DNA from: a candidate division WWE3 bacterium
GTDB taxonomy: Bacteria > Patescibacteriota > WWE3 > UBA101185 > UBA10185
Direction of reading: 5' to 3'
NCBI GenBank assembly: GCA_014729135.1
Contig: WJKK01000001.1
Coordinates: forward strand, 794,919-858,918
Length of the DNA stretch: 64,000 nt
Part shown: piece by piece, positions 47,112-61,292 of the stretch
How the letters are laid out: the number at the start of each line of letters is the position of its first letter
Position numbering within the stretch: the first letter of the stretch is position 1
The notes under the pieces: generated by a model
The model's database searches: none
What the model was told of the DNA's origin: nothing
What the model saw: the letters and a program-made list of their open reading frames with translations, nothing else
Position numbers and translations under genes: made by a program

Positions 47112-49377
47112 TAAGTATGAATTCTACAGCAACAATGGAGTGGTTTCCAGAGAAATCCGGTTTTAGAGGGGGTTTTTCTTCCGGAAATCCCGACGTTTCG
47201 GTAGCGCCCCATTGAACTTCAAACTCCAGTTTTTCATAGGTCTCCTCCCCCGGAATTAAATAGTAGGTGCTGTTTTGAGGAGGGTTTGTTATGGCGGGCT
47301 TGTTTTGCTCCCCCTCACTGAGAGAAATGTCTTCCGGTTCTTGCTTTTGTGCTAATCTTTCCGAAGGAGGCTCCTCCCGATCCGAGTTAGAGGCGTATTC
47401 AGAATTAGAAAAGAGGGGCTTGTTTAAATGATCATAAGTAGTCAACATGACCTCCCTCCAAATTGGACCGGCACCTGTAACACCATCTATACGGGACATT
47501 GGCGCATTGTCCGTATTTCCAACCCACACACCCACCGCAAAGTCTTCAGGATAATCCTTTGTATAGCCTAAAGTCCAATTGTCATGCCAATCTGTTGTAG
47601 TGCCTGTTTTAGAAGCTGCGTTAAATGGAAGAACCAGAACGTTATTACGCCCAAAACCAAGCACTTTAGCAGAGGGGTTACTTAGGATGCTAAAGAGGGT
47701 GTTACTGACTTCAGTGGAGCGGTTACCCCAAACGGGAGTACCTTTGTCATACTTGGCCATAGACTCCGAGGAGGTACCGGGGCGCTCATAAAGAATGCTA
47801 CTTCCATCTGCAGCTAAAACCTTGCGTACAAAATAAGGCTTCTTATAATAACCGTCTCTACCTAAAGAAGCATACGCATTAGTTAGATTTAGCAGGGTTA
47901 CCTCTCCCCCACCTAAAGTTACACTTAAGCCATAACGCTCCGGGTGGTTTAAGTTGTGAAGGCCAAGTCGCTGAGCAGCTCCTACCATGTCGGCAACACC
48001 TACCATGTCCAATACTTTAACTGCGGGGAGATTTAGAGAGCTTGCTAAAGCTGTGTGCACGGGAACCTCTCCATTGAAAACACCATTATAATTGTGCGGT
48101 ACAAAGCTCTTGCCTTCCTTGTCCACAAAAACGGTTTTCTCATCTAAAATGGTGCCTTCGGGATCCAAAACACCTTCATAAAAGGCCTGACCATAGGTAA
48201 TGGGCTTTAAGGCTGAACCGGGCTGTCGCAAGGAGGTTGCAACGTTTACGGAACCATCAATCTCTTCGTCAAAATAATCAATGCTACCCACCATTGTAAG
48301 AATGGCGCTATCTTTGTTGCGTAAAATTACAACGGAAGAGTTAGAAAGCTTATGTTTGTCCCCTACGGATTTTACTTTGTAATAAGCCTGTTCCCAGGCG
48401 TTGTGAGCTAAAAAAGGATCAAGCGTTGTGTAAATTCGCAGACCCTCCTGTTGAGTGTCAGCCAGAAGGGAATCAGTTTCTGCAAGAGCATATTCTATAA
48501 AGTGCATCTTATTTCTTAAATCCTCTGAAGTTTTAACAAAGACTCCCAAAGGTAACTGCTGAAGTGTCTCAAGGTCTTCTGCAGAAAGATCCTGCTCTTT
48601 AGCCAACAAACTCAACACATGGTTACGACGTTCCTTTGCAGCCTCCGGTGAGGAAATGGGATCATAAACTTCCGGAGAGCTAATCATTCCGGCGAGCAAA
48701 GAAGCCTCCAGTGTAGAAAGATCGGAAGCGCTTTTATTAAAGTAATACTGCGAAGCTGCCTCTACTCCATAGCGCATGTTGCCCAAATAAACAGAGTTCA
48801 AATAGTACTCCAAGATTGCCTCTTTTGTATGGAAAAGCTCTAGGAACAGGGCGGAGTTTGCTTCGCGGATTTTGCGGAGGTACTTGTTGGCGGAGGGGTG
48901 GAAGAGGGAATCTTTGGCAACCTGCTGCGTAATAGTGCTACCTCCCGAAACGATATGGCCGACGGATATATTGGATTGAAGGGCACGAATTATTGCAATG
49001 GGATCAATGCCAAAGTGGGAATAAAAGCGTTTGTCTTCTAGTGTGATAACGGCATTTTTGAGCTTTTCCGAAATTTCAGTGGATTTTATGGGCGATTGGT
49101 AGCCTTCTGAATTTAGGATGGATTCGTAAATTAGGTTATCGTTGATGTCGTAGACCTTTACGGAGGGGTTGTATTTGCCAAAGTTTCTTAGTGTGAGAAG
49201 GCCGTCTAGAAGGAGTGTTAGTGTGAGGATTATTAGTAGTGTTGTGATTATTGGGAGTGTTGAAAATGGTCGGAAGGGTGTTTGCGGTATTGAGGTGATT
49301 TTTTTAAGGAGTGTTTGGAGGCTGTTTTTGAGGGTTTTTATGTAGGAGCCCGGCAGCTTCAGGTTCTTTAAGTGCAT
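46939..49377 (-). CDS. pbpC: penicillin-binding protein 1C (bifunctional GT51 transglycosylase/transpeptidase)
   Basis: GT51 motifs EDKRFYSHFGID and GGSTITQQVAK; transpeptidase motifs SALK (SxxK), SLN and KTGT. Confidence 0.85.
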   Translation of the reverse strand: MHLKNLKLPGSYIKTLKNSLQTLLKKITSIPQTPFRPFSTLPIITTLLIILTLTLLLDGLLTLRNFGKYNPSVKVYDINDNLIYESILNSEGYQSPIKSTEISEKLKNAVITLEDKRFYSHFGIDPIAIIRALQSNISVGHIVSGGSTITQQVAKDSLFHPSANKYLRKIREANSALFLELFHTKEAILEYYLNSVYLGNMRYGVEAASQYYFNKSASDLSTLEASLLAGMISSPEVYDPISSPEAAKERRNHVLSLLAKEQDLSAEDLETLQQLPLGVFVKTSEDLRNKMHFIEYALAETDSLLADTQQEGLRIYTTLDPFLAHNAWEQAYYKVKSVGDKHKLSNSSVVILRNKDSAILTMVGSIDYFDEEIDGSVNVATSLRQPGSALKPITYGQAFYEGVLDPEGTILDEKTVFVDKEGKSFVPHNYNGVFNGEVPVHTALASSLNLPAVKVLDMVGVADMVGAAQRLGLHNLNHPERYGLSVTLGGGEVTLLNLTNAYASLGRDGYYKKPYFVRKVLAADGSSILYERPGTSSESMAKYDKGTPVWGNRSTEVSNTLFSILSNPSAKVLGFGRNNVLVLPFNAASKTGTTTDWHDNWTLGYTKDYPEDFAVGVWVGNTDNAPMSRIDGVTGAGPIWREVMLTTYDHLNKPLFSNSEYASNSDREEPPSERLAQKQEPEDISLSEGEQNKPAITNPPQNSTYYLIPGEETYEKLEFEVQWGATETSGFPEEKPPLKPDFSGNHSIVAVEFILNEQYLGKLYKEDSKNDSTHFLWDPQEGTFTLEANFINSHGETISKDTVLFQVHSPKP

Positions 49378-49512
49378 GGTTTTAGTTTAGCATTTGTGTT
49401 TTTGTGGAGGGGTTTGGGGGATTTAAAATGAACCGAGGGTACCGAAAGTACTACAAGCCATCGCCAATCAAAATACGCCCGACTGGCGATGGCTGCTGGA
49501 ATTAAGACGAGG

Positions 49513-49653
49513 CTACTTCTTCGCCTCCTCCTCACGTTCCCGACGTTTCTTCTCGCCGAGGCCGCATATGAGGGAACAGGTTTCGCAGGTACCCCCGCTT
49601 TCCAAATGTTCACGACAACGACGCCTCGCCTTAGCATCCTGCTTTCCAGCCAT
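49513..49653 (-). CDS. small Cys-rich basic protein (46 aa, hypothetical)
   Basis: AAGGAAGGAG lies 7 nt upstream of ATG; MAGKQDAKARRRCREHLESGGTCETCSLICGLGEKKRREREEEAKK (C-x9-C-x2-C-x3-C). The longer track ORF 49513..49902 runs through the 78-bp repeat and is probably not all real. Confidence 0.3.
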   Translation of the reverse strand: MAGKQDAKARRRCREHLESGGTCETCSLICGLGEKKRREREEEAKK

Positions 49654-49780
49654 TTGAAACTCCTTCCTTTCGTCTCTCTCAACAGGAGAGACATACATAA
49701 TATAAACGACACTAACGGTCAACGTACCAAGCACAATAACAAAAAAACTTTTATTCCGCAACTTTTTTCCCGCTCTTTTC

Positions 49781-49858
49781 ATAAAGCGCAGAAATATCCC
49801 TTTTGCGCGAATTTTGGCGTACTCGCCAACCTGAGCAAAAAAGGGATATTTCAAGCTG
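49781..49858. repeat. 78-bp structured palindromic repeat, copy B
   Basis: Near-identical to 27052-27129, read directly. Confidence 0.8.
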
Positions 49859-50143
49859 TGAAACCAGGAAGAAATGAGGGGAAAAAGAAAAAGGCCCGCC
49901 AAAGCGAGCCTCCTTCATGTCTAAAAAAAATCAAAATAAAACCGCCCGACGTGCCGTTCCACCGGAGTAGAATCCCTCGATTCTAAAGTGGGTTTCCTAT
50001 CTTGAGTCTTTACTCCCAAGAACCCGGAATCCCTATAAGCGAGTGTTGAGACTTACTTCAGTTCCGGCTTTTTCGAACACGTCAGAGTAGAGCTTTTTTC
50101 ATCTCTTATGCTAATTATATCAAAATTTCAGGCGCGTCAAATC

Positions 50144-50764
50144 CTACAATCCAAAAATGCCAAAAAACATTTCAACTGCAGGAAAAAGTATCCTATCCAG
50201 TGCATCCGTCAACACCAGAAATATTAAAATAAATGTTCCATAAGGAGCCAATTGGAGCCACTGTTGCGCCAGATTCTCCGGTAGGACACCTCTTACGAAT
50301 TTAAATCCATCTAATGGGGATATTGGCAAGGCGTTGAAGACAGCTAGAATTACGTTGTAGTAGCCAAAAAAGTAAAGGAAGGCGTGGAGAAATCCTCCTA
50401 TGGGGACGCTTAAGGAGAGCAACAAGCGAAGGAGGCCAGCGGAGGCGAAGGCAAGGGCTAGGTTGATGCCGGGGCCTGCAATGGAGACGAGTGCTGATCC
50501 TTTTTTGGGGTCTTTCATGTTGTAGGGGTTGATGGGCACGGGTTTTGCCCAGCCGAATCCCGCGAAAAGGAGGAGTAGTGTGCCGATGGGATCGAGGTGT
50601 GCTAGTGGGTTAAGTGTGAGGCGCCCTTGTTGCTTGGCGGTTGGGTCTCCTTGGAGGTAGGCCATGTAGGCGTGGGCAAATTCGTGGAGGGCTAGCGCAA
50701 ATATTAGCGCTGCGGTGAGTACTATGAAGAGGAGTGGGTTTTGGAAGAGTTGGTTTATTAGCAT
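50144..50764 (-). CDS. M50-family (site-2 protease-like) membrane metalloprotease
   Basis: HEFAHA HExxH in a TM helix and [13 protein letters not shown] motif; polytopic. Confidence 0.75.
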   Translation of the reverse strand: MLINQLFQNPLLFIVLTAALIFALALHEFAHAYMAYLQGDPTAKQQGRLTLNPLAHLDPIGTLLLLFAGFGWAKPVPINPYNMKDPKKGSALVSIAGPGINLALAFASAGLLRLLLSLSVPIGGFLHAFLYFFGYYNVILAVFNALPISPLDGFKFVRGVLPENLAQQWLQLAPYGTFILIFLVLTDALDRILFPAVEMFFGIFGL

Positions 50765-50972
50765 GTTGGGATTATATCATTCCCTTCGTTAGTCTCTGCT
50801 AAATAAGGAGGCCTGCCCATCTTTTTGTCTCCACGACTCCATTTCATTCCGTAATGTCGCCAAAAAGAGAGCCGACCTCCTTAAACTCCCATCCCCTATC
50901 TTATCGTGACACTCCTCCAAAAATGCAAACTAAAAATAACAACCTGCCCCCAAAATATGATAGAATTCCACA

Positions 50973-51158
50973 GTGAAAGCACTTATCAAGTTTTTAAAGG
51001 ACTCCAAAAGAGAGTTTACAAAGGTCGATTGGCCGTCAAAAAAAGAGACTTTGCGCTTGACGGGATACGTAATTGGTGTTAGCTTTAGCATCGCACTATT
51101 TGTTATGGGAATCGACTATGTGTTCAAATCGGGTCTGGAGGTTTTGCTAGGGTTTTGA
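50973..51158 (+). CDS. secE: preprotein translocase subunit SecE
   Basis: 61-aa single-TM protein directly upstream of nusG in the conserved order. Confidence 0.8.
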   Translation: MKALIKFLKDSKREFTKVDWPSKKETLRLTGYVIGVSFSIALFVMGIDYVFKSGLEVLLGF

Positions 51159-51272
51159 TAAGATTTTCAGATGGAGGGATGTTCTTTGGGAGGTGTGTGG
51201 AGCCCACTGAAATGCTTTTGCTAAAACAAAGTTAGTGCTACAAAGTTTAAAAAAGTTTAAGTCAGACAAACA

Positions 51273-51941
51273 ATGACAGAAGATACACAAAAAGACAATA
51301 CAGAGGCAGAGAACGTTGAGGTAGTTGAGGAAACTGCTACAACTGAAGAAACTCCGGAGTCAAGCAAGACCGCTCAAAGCGATAACATAGTCTTGTTGAG
51401 CACCCAAGAACCCACTAAAGAAGCCAATTGGTACGTTGTTCATACTTTTTCAGGCAACGAACACAAAGTTGCTAAACTCTTAAAAGAACGCGTTCAAATA
51501 GGCGGATTTACAGATCGCATTTTTAAAGTAATGGTCCCACAGCAAAAAAAGATTGTAGTAGAGGATGGTGAAAAAAAGACTGTAGAGGAGCGCTTGTTCC
51601 CCGGATACGTTTTGGTCTTAATGGAAGTGTCCGATGAAACCTGGCACGTTGTCCGTGGATTAAAGGGAGTAACAGGCTTTGTAGGTACAGGAACAACCCC
51701 CACTCCCCTCCCCGAGTCTGAAGTAGCAGCTTTAATGAGCTACATGTCTTCAGAGGAGCCTTCTTTTGAAGCAAGCTTTAATGTTGGGGATGCGGTGAAG
51801 ATAACTGGAGGTCCTTTTGCTGACTTTTTAGGAAAAGTCGAGGAAGTTAATGAAGAGCAAGGAAAAGTCAAAGTTCTGGTAAGTGTTTTCGGGCGAGAAA
51901 CTCCTGTGGAATTGGACTTTACACAAGCGGTTAACTTGTAA
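51273..51941 (+). CDS. nusG: transcription termination/antitermination factor NusG with an acidic N-terminal extension
   Basis: NGN domain NWYVVHTFSGNEHKVAKLL and KOW GDAVKITGGPFADFLGKVEEVN. Confidence 0.9.
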   Translation: MTEDTQKDNTEAENVEVVEETATTEETPESSKTAQSDNIVLLSTQEPTKEANWYVVHTFSGNEHKVAKLLKERVQIGGFTDRIFKVMVPQQKKIVVEDGEKKTVEERLFPGYVLVLMEVSDETWHVVRGLKGVTGFVGTGTTPTPLPESEVAALMSYMSSEEPSFEASFNVGDAVKITGGPFADFLGKVEEVNEEQGKVKVLVSVFGRETPVELDFTQAVNL

Positions 51942-52031
51942 TAAACTGTTAACCTGTTACAATCGTTAGGCTCTCAATTTGGGGTTTTAAGAACATCCCC
52001 GGGAATAAATCGAAAAAAGAAAGATTTTAAA

Positions 52032-52472
52032 ATGGCAAAAAAGAAAAGTAAGAAAAAAATAAAAGCAAAAGTTAGATTGAACATACCTGCGGGTAAAGCC
52101 ACACCGGCACCTCCTGTAGGGCCTGCTTTAGGACAACATGGAGTTCCTTTGATGGACTTCTGCAAGCAATTTAACGCTAAAACCGCAAAGATGGGGAATG
52201 ACTTGATTCCTGTGATTTTAACTGTTTATCAAGACCGATCCTTTGATTTTATAACCAAAACACCGGTTACTTCTTCGCTGATCTTGAAAAAACTTGGAGT
52301 GAAAAAGGGTTCCGGAGTGCCAAACAAAGAAAAAATAGGCAAACTTTCCCGTAAGGATTTGGAAGAAATTGCCGAGATTAAGATGCCTGACTTAAATACG
52401 GAGGATATGGATAAGGCTGTTAAGATCATTGCCGGAACAGCGGAATCTATGGGAGTTGAGTGCGAGGCGTAA
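52032..52472 (+). CDS. rplK: 50S ribosomal protein L11
   Basis: [20 protein letters not shown] canonical L11 motif. Confidence 0.95.
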   Translation: MAKKKSKKKIKAKVRLNIPAGKATPAPPVGPALGQHGVPLMDFCKQFNAKTAKMGNDLIPVILTVYQDRSFDFITKTPVTSSLILKKLGVKKGSGVPNKEKIGKLSRKDLEEIAEIKMPDLNTEDMDKAVKIIAGTAESMGVECEA

Positions 52473-52568
52473 ACCTAGAACTAAAGGATTAGCTAAGTTA
52501 TCGGGAAAACGACTATTTTAAAGTTTAGTAACAGAAACGAATCAGAAAGTTAAACAAGATTTAAAGAC

Positions 52569-53186
52569 ATGACATATACAGTCAAAGAAGCAGTTAAAAA
52601 AGTAAAGGAAAACGCTACTGAAAAATTTGATGCCTCTGTAGAAGCCCACATCAACTTAAAAGTACCTGAAAATCAAACGGTGCGTTTTACTACTACTCTT
52701 CCCGAAGGCACAGGTAAGGAAAGAAAAGTGGCCGTAATGTCTTCTGAGGATGTTCCCGAAGCTGATTTACAACTTAAAGAGGCGGATATTGCCAAAATTA
52801 AAAAGGGAGAATTGTCACCCGGAGAGGATTTTGACGTTTTTATAGCAGAGCCTCGATTTATGTCAAAGATTGCACAAGTTGCTCCTATTTTAGGACCCGC
52901 AGGAGTTATGCCTAACCCAAAAAGTGGGACAGTTACTGAAAATGTACAAAATACTGTGAAAGACTTTAAATCAGGACAGATAGAAGTGCGAACGGAACCT
53001 TCTGCTACAATAATTCATACTGTTATCGGAAAAGTCAGCTGGGATGATGAAAGGCTTGCTAGCAATTTAAACCACCTTTTGACAGCACTGCGCTCTAACC
53101 GACCGGTGGGTGCAAAACAAAACTGGATTAAGTCAGTTTATGTCACTTCTTCCATGGGACCTTCTTTTGAAGTCTCCTTGGAGTAA
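52569..53186 (+). CDS. rplA: 50S ribosomal protein L1
   Basis: L1 fold sequence; follows rplK. Confidence 0.95.
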   Translation: MTYTVKEAVKKVKENATEKFDASVEAHINLKVPENQTVRFTTTLPEGTGKERKVAVMSSEDVPEADLQLKEADIAKIKKGELSPGEDFDVFIAEPRFMSKIAQVAPILGPAGVMPNPKSGTVTENVQNTVKDFKSGQIEVRTEPSATIIHTVIGKVSWDDERLASNLNHLLTALRSNRPVGAKQNWIKSVYVTSSMGPSFEVSLE

Positions 53187-53349
53187 GTAATTAATCGCCA
53201 ACTAACTTCTACAAAACTACACTCGCTTAAGCATCTCTATAAGAGCAAAGAACGCCCTTTGACGAACTTTTGCAGCGAGAATTACATTATTTGTTATATA
53301 AGAAAATTCGAAGCGAAACGTGAGGAAAAGGGCGCTCTTTGCGTTTACT

Positions 53350-56060
<2,711 letters not shown>

Positions 56061-56064
<4 letters not shown>

Positions 56065-57629
56065 ATATTTATACCCAATAACTCCTTAATAGTTTCTTGC
56101 TCCTTCATAACAGCTGCTAACAAAGCATTAAAATCCTCACTTGTATTTACCAAATTATCTAAATAGCGTCTGAAATCTGCATCTTCTTTATACAAGGTTT
56201 TCATTTTCTTACCCAGGAATTTTAGACTTTGAATTTGTTTTGGCGTTATTAAACCTCCCCAAATCATTGTAAACAAGAGGTATTGAACATGGAGAGGGTA
56301 AATCTGGCGAGGAGGTTGCCTGAAAAAGGCTGTCACTTTTTCTCCGGTTTCTAAGCTGGTTCTAATTCCCTCACTTAGCTCCGCACCAAAGTGAACAAAT
56401 CTCTTGTGCTTTCTAAGAAGATTTAAAAATCCGGAAAGTTCTCTGTTAAGACTCTGGTGTAACTTTGACTGCACTTGGCGCCCCACACGTGTAACAGATA
56501 AGAAAGCATCTACTGCAGGACGGTTACCTTCATCAAAAAGAGCAGAGTCAAAGAAGACATGGCCGTCAGTCATTGACATTAAGTTGGTCTGGATATAACC
56601 GGAAATATCGCCTTCGACAGTTTCTGCCACAGGAAGACATGTTATGGAACTGGTACCGTTTTCATTCTTAAAGTTACCTGCTCGCTCAAATAACTGTGAA
56701 TGAATGAAGAATATATCCCCGGGATAAGACTCTCTACCAGGAAAACTACCTCCAACCAGCGACAATTCGCGATAATACTTGGCATGTGAGGACATATCAT
56801 CTAATATAAGTACAACGTCACGCCCCTGATTTCTAAAATACTCTGCAAAAGCCATGGCCGTATAGGGTGTCAAATATACTTCTCCCGCAGAATCTGAGGA
56901 GGAAGTTCCTACTAGCATGAACTTATCGCCTAAATTATGCTGTCTACTAAAATCCAAAACATCTAAAAGAGCCCCCTTGTTCTTACCTATGCCGGCGTAT
57001 ATGCAAATAGAGCCTTCACTAACCTGAGAAAGAATCACCTGCATTAAAAACTCGGTTTTTCCGGACTTTTTATCCCCTAATATAAGCTCCCGCTGTCCTT
57101 TACCCAAAGGAACCATAAGATCAACAATGGAAACGCCCGTTACTAACGGATCAGAAACTTTGGCGCGAGAGGGAAAGTCAGGAGCGTCGTTAAAAACTTC
57201 CATTAAGGTGGTTTCATTGGAATCACCGGAGATAGCGGACAAACCAACGGATCCGGGAGAAGACTGAAAAACACCAGCCACAGAGGCAGAATTAGCAGCG
57301 GAGCCTTCTGAAGAATCCATCAAGCTTTTTCCTAAGCAGTCATAGGCACCCCCTAGTAATTTTTCATGGGCTGCTATCTTTAAAGATTGCTTTGTTCTAG
57401 CAAGCTTATCGCCTACTTTAAAACCCACCTCATCCAGCAGCAAAACATGAGCAATATCCTCATCCAATGTCATGACTATTCCCAGATTTTCATCCTCAAA
57501 CACGACAACTTCACCTAGAAACACATTAGGCAAACCGGAGACTCCTACTAAAGGGAAATTCAGTGTCTCAACAAATCCTACTTCTTTGTTTTCTTCTAAA
57601 TAGTGCTTAAAACTTTTCCCAAGATACAT
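56061..57629 (-). CDS. atpA: F-type ATP synthase alpha subunit
   Basis: GDKKSGKTEFLMQVI Walker A, ILDDMSSHAKYYRELSL and PGREAYPGD-like PGRESYPGDIFFIHSQLFERA. Confidence 0.9.
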
Positions 57630-57637
57630 ATGTCGTA

Positions 57638-58132
57638 CTAATTCTCTCCTGCTAATGAAGTAACTCCGGCCGTCAAAGCCGTCTTTCCATTCTTAAAATA
57701 ATCATTTAATTTGGTACGCAAGGATAGGTCAAAGTAAGAACCTTTAAGATACAAAATGACACCGCCTAAAAGAGATTTGTCATACTCCCGGACAAGCACA
57801 AAAGGCTCTTTAACAACTTTTTCTTTTAAAAAAGCAAAGACCTGCACCCAAAAATCGGTGCTCATACCATTTAAAGCAACTTTTACACGAACCTCCTCTA
57901 ACTCTGAAAGACTTTTTCTAATTTCTTTTAAAGCTTTCTCAATAGCGGAAGCACTAGAAATGTCCACTCCATTAGCTTCTAAAAACTTGCGTAATTTTTG
58001 CAAATTGGTCTTACCTGTAGGCCAAACGAACTTGTTATCAGAATAAAGGGTTGACTGCAAGGAGCGGATTGTCTTTATTAGCTCAGACATGTCAGTGTTA
58101 AATTTTATTAGTTCGTTTACATCCATTGTCAT
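57638..58132 (-). CDS. atpH: F-type ATP synthase delta subunit (OSCP-like)
   Basis: 164 aa; C-terminal SLLGGVILYLKGSYFDLSL matches the delta SLIGGVVIRVGD...D.S pattern; position in the operon. Confidence 0.6.
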   Translation of the reverse strand: MTMDVNELIKFNTDMSELIKTIRSLQSTLYSDNKFVWPTGKTNLQKLRKFLEANGVDISSASAIEKALKEIRKSLSELEEVRVKVALNGMSTDFWVQVFAFLKEKVVKEPFVLVREYDKSLLGGVILYLKGSYFDLSLRTKLNDYFKNGKTALTAGVTSLAGEN

Positions 58133-58175
58133 ATTAAACTCTTAGCGGAAGAGGCGTGGGATTTGCTTCCCCTGA

Positions 58176-58904
58176 CTAGCTCTCAAAAACCTCATTCCTT
58201 TTAGCCTCCTCCAAAACCTTCAAAACATAGTCCTCATGATCCTTCAAACTCAAACTCTTCCCAATAATCGCCTTAGCAGCACTCTGCACCACACGCTCCA
58301 CCGAATCCCCTATTCTCTCCTTTTGCGCTGCCTTATACCGCGTCAACTCAGTCTGCATGTCCTCACGGGATTCTCTCAACGCCACCTCCAAGCTCTTCCT
58401 AAAAGCCTGCAGCTCATTAGCCATCTCATCCTTAAACTCTTGGGACACACCCTTCATAGCCTCCAAGTTTTCCTTAGACGCCTCCAATAAAGCCTTGCGA
58501 TTAACCTTTAGCAGATTCTCCGAGGATTCGCTAAGAAACTCCTGACTCTCCTCTGAAAACTCCTCAACCTGCTCATCCAAAGCTTCTGTCATATCTTGTC
58601 CTAACACATTTGCATCCGACAAAATCTTGCCGGCGCGCTTATTTGCCTCCTCTACAATCTCAAAGGCCTGTCGCTTAGCCTCATCCAGCGTCTCAGAAGC
58701 CTCCTCAAACTCCTCCTCCTTACACTCCTCCAGAGAAGACGCCTTAGATAAAAGGTTGATGAAAAAGGAACTTAAAGCGAAAAACAAAACAAAAAGTAAA
58801 ACAAATGACAAAATTGCCAAAGGAATAAGATATTCAGCTGATGGATAAGGCGGAAAGTTAATTCGGAAAGCTTGACCTATTGTTTCTAAAATGGGCAGAT
58901 TCAT
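58176..58904 (-). CDS. atpF: F-type ATP synthase b subunit (single N-terminal TM helix plus a long coiled coil)
   Basis: Architecture and position in the operon; the sequence is low-complexity and E/K-rich. Confidence 0.5.
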   Translation of the reverse strand: MNLPILETIGQAFRINFPPYPSAEYLIPLAILSFVLLFVLFFALSSFFINLLSKASSLEECKEEEFEEASETLDEAKRQAFEIVEEANKRAGKILSDANVLGQDMTEALDEQVEEFSEESQEFLSESSENLLKVNRKALLEASKENLEAMKGVSQEFKDEMANELQAFRKSLEVALRESREDMQTELTRYKAAQKERIGDSVERVVQSAAKAIIGKSLSLKDHEDYVLKVLEEAKRNEVFES

Positions 58905-58958
58905 TTTTATAAAGACCTTTCTTTAGTTATTTTTTATCTCCGGTTAGTTATAAATTAG

Positions 58959-59879
<921 letters not shown>

Positions 59880-61067
59880 TCAAAGGATTTGTTGTTTTTG
59901 GAGGTGTTTTTAAGTGCTTAATTTAATGCATACCTTTAGGAAAGATTCGGAAAACTTTTTGGGATAATGTTTTACTCAGGTTACTCGTGAGAATTTTTAA
60001 AGGAGTTTTGGAGTACGCTTTTAGGATAACTACAAAAGCCAGAAGGAGCGTTAGCAGGCGAAACCACGGAATGACAAATGGAGCGATCAAAATAAGCACA
60101 AGAGATGAAAAAGGGTGTAAATTTTTGATAAATCGCTAATTTGCAAATTATAACAACCTAAATAGCAAAGATCAAGGAAAAGCACGTGTTTCCTCTGGCT
60201 TTAAAGCCGTCCAAACAGAGGGTGCAAACTTTGTTATACACCCCTGTGGAGGGGAATAAAAAGGTTTATCAGACACAACACAAAGAGTGCCAGGTAAGAA
60301 GGCAATTTTTACTCATTTTACTCAAAACCATTCCATAGAGGTTGAAAAGTAGCGGGAATAGGGGTACATGTGTTGAGTCATTAGGAGAACTCAAAACAGC
60401 TCTCCTCCGATAAGTTTTTGAGGAAAATCGACAACATCTAGATCAATATCATCTAGCAACTTTTTAAGAAAAAAGATGAGAGCTGATTTAGGTTTGAGAA
60501 AATTACTTTGATTTTCCTAAAACACACCGCGCACAAAACAACGCAATTGCACACAAAGCTCTCTTTGGAAATTTTTGAGCAATTTCGTAACTTTTAGACC
60601 AGTCCAGTAGAGGCTTACCCTTTTCTAAAATCAACGGCATATTACTTAAAAAGACAAATTCCAGAAGAGCCTCCACTTTATATAGGATGAAATTGAACAA
60701 GTAAGGAGCTTTTTTCGATATAGAAATAAAAATTTCTCCGCAAGGGTGCCTAATTAAACAAATGCGCATTATTTTTTATTTCAAAAAATCAAATTTTTGA
60801 AACGGCGCCAAAGTAAAGAAAAATTTAGTTTTCAGAAAAAAGAAATTTTTAGGACTCCCCTACTCTGCAAAAGAAATCATCTTAAATTGAGTAGACAGTT
60901 GACTCAAAAAACCTCTCGACTGACTCTAGAAATTCTAAACGAAAAAAATCAGCTTAGTATTGGAGGCTGAGGTTTAGAAACTCCCAAAGTATCAATTTAA
61001 AAGTATTGTATGTCAAAATGGAGTGAAAAAACCGCTTAAAACGAATTCTAGAGCCTCGCTTGAAAAA

Positions 61068-61127
61068 GGGACAGGCTTCTAAGGGGACAGTCCTTTGAAA
61101 GGACTGTCCTCTCCGAGGACAGTCCCC
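61068..61127. repeat. REP palindrome array (4 copies), intergenic
   Basis: gggacaggc ttctaag gggacagtcc tttgaaa ggactgtcc tctccga ggacagtcccc. Confidence 0.85.
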
Positions 61128-61292
61128 TATAGTAAGCGAGCCCCTCTAGTAACTGTGGAAAAGTTGTTGACTTAAGCACTTGCATGGGATACTATTTATA
61201 TAACCTTGTTATTTGGCTCTATAAAGGTTTGTGACAAGGCTTTGAAAAACAATGACGACCAACAAAATGCCGGTTTAAAGAAAGAAAGAAAC

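Noticed and set aside
49431-49450. GAGGGTACCGAAAG as an att-site copy of the tRNA-Tyr 5' end, marking an island boundary
   Set aside because: The match is only about 11-14 nt and is to tRNA-Tyr rather than tRNA-Trp, so it could be chance.
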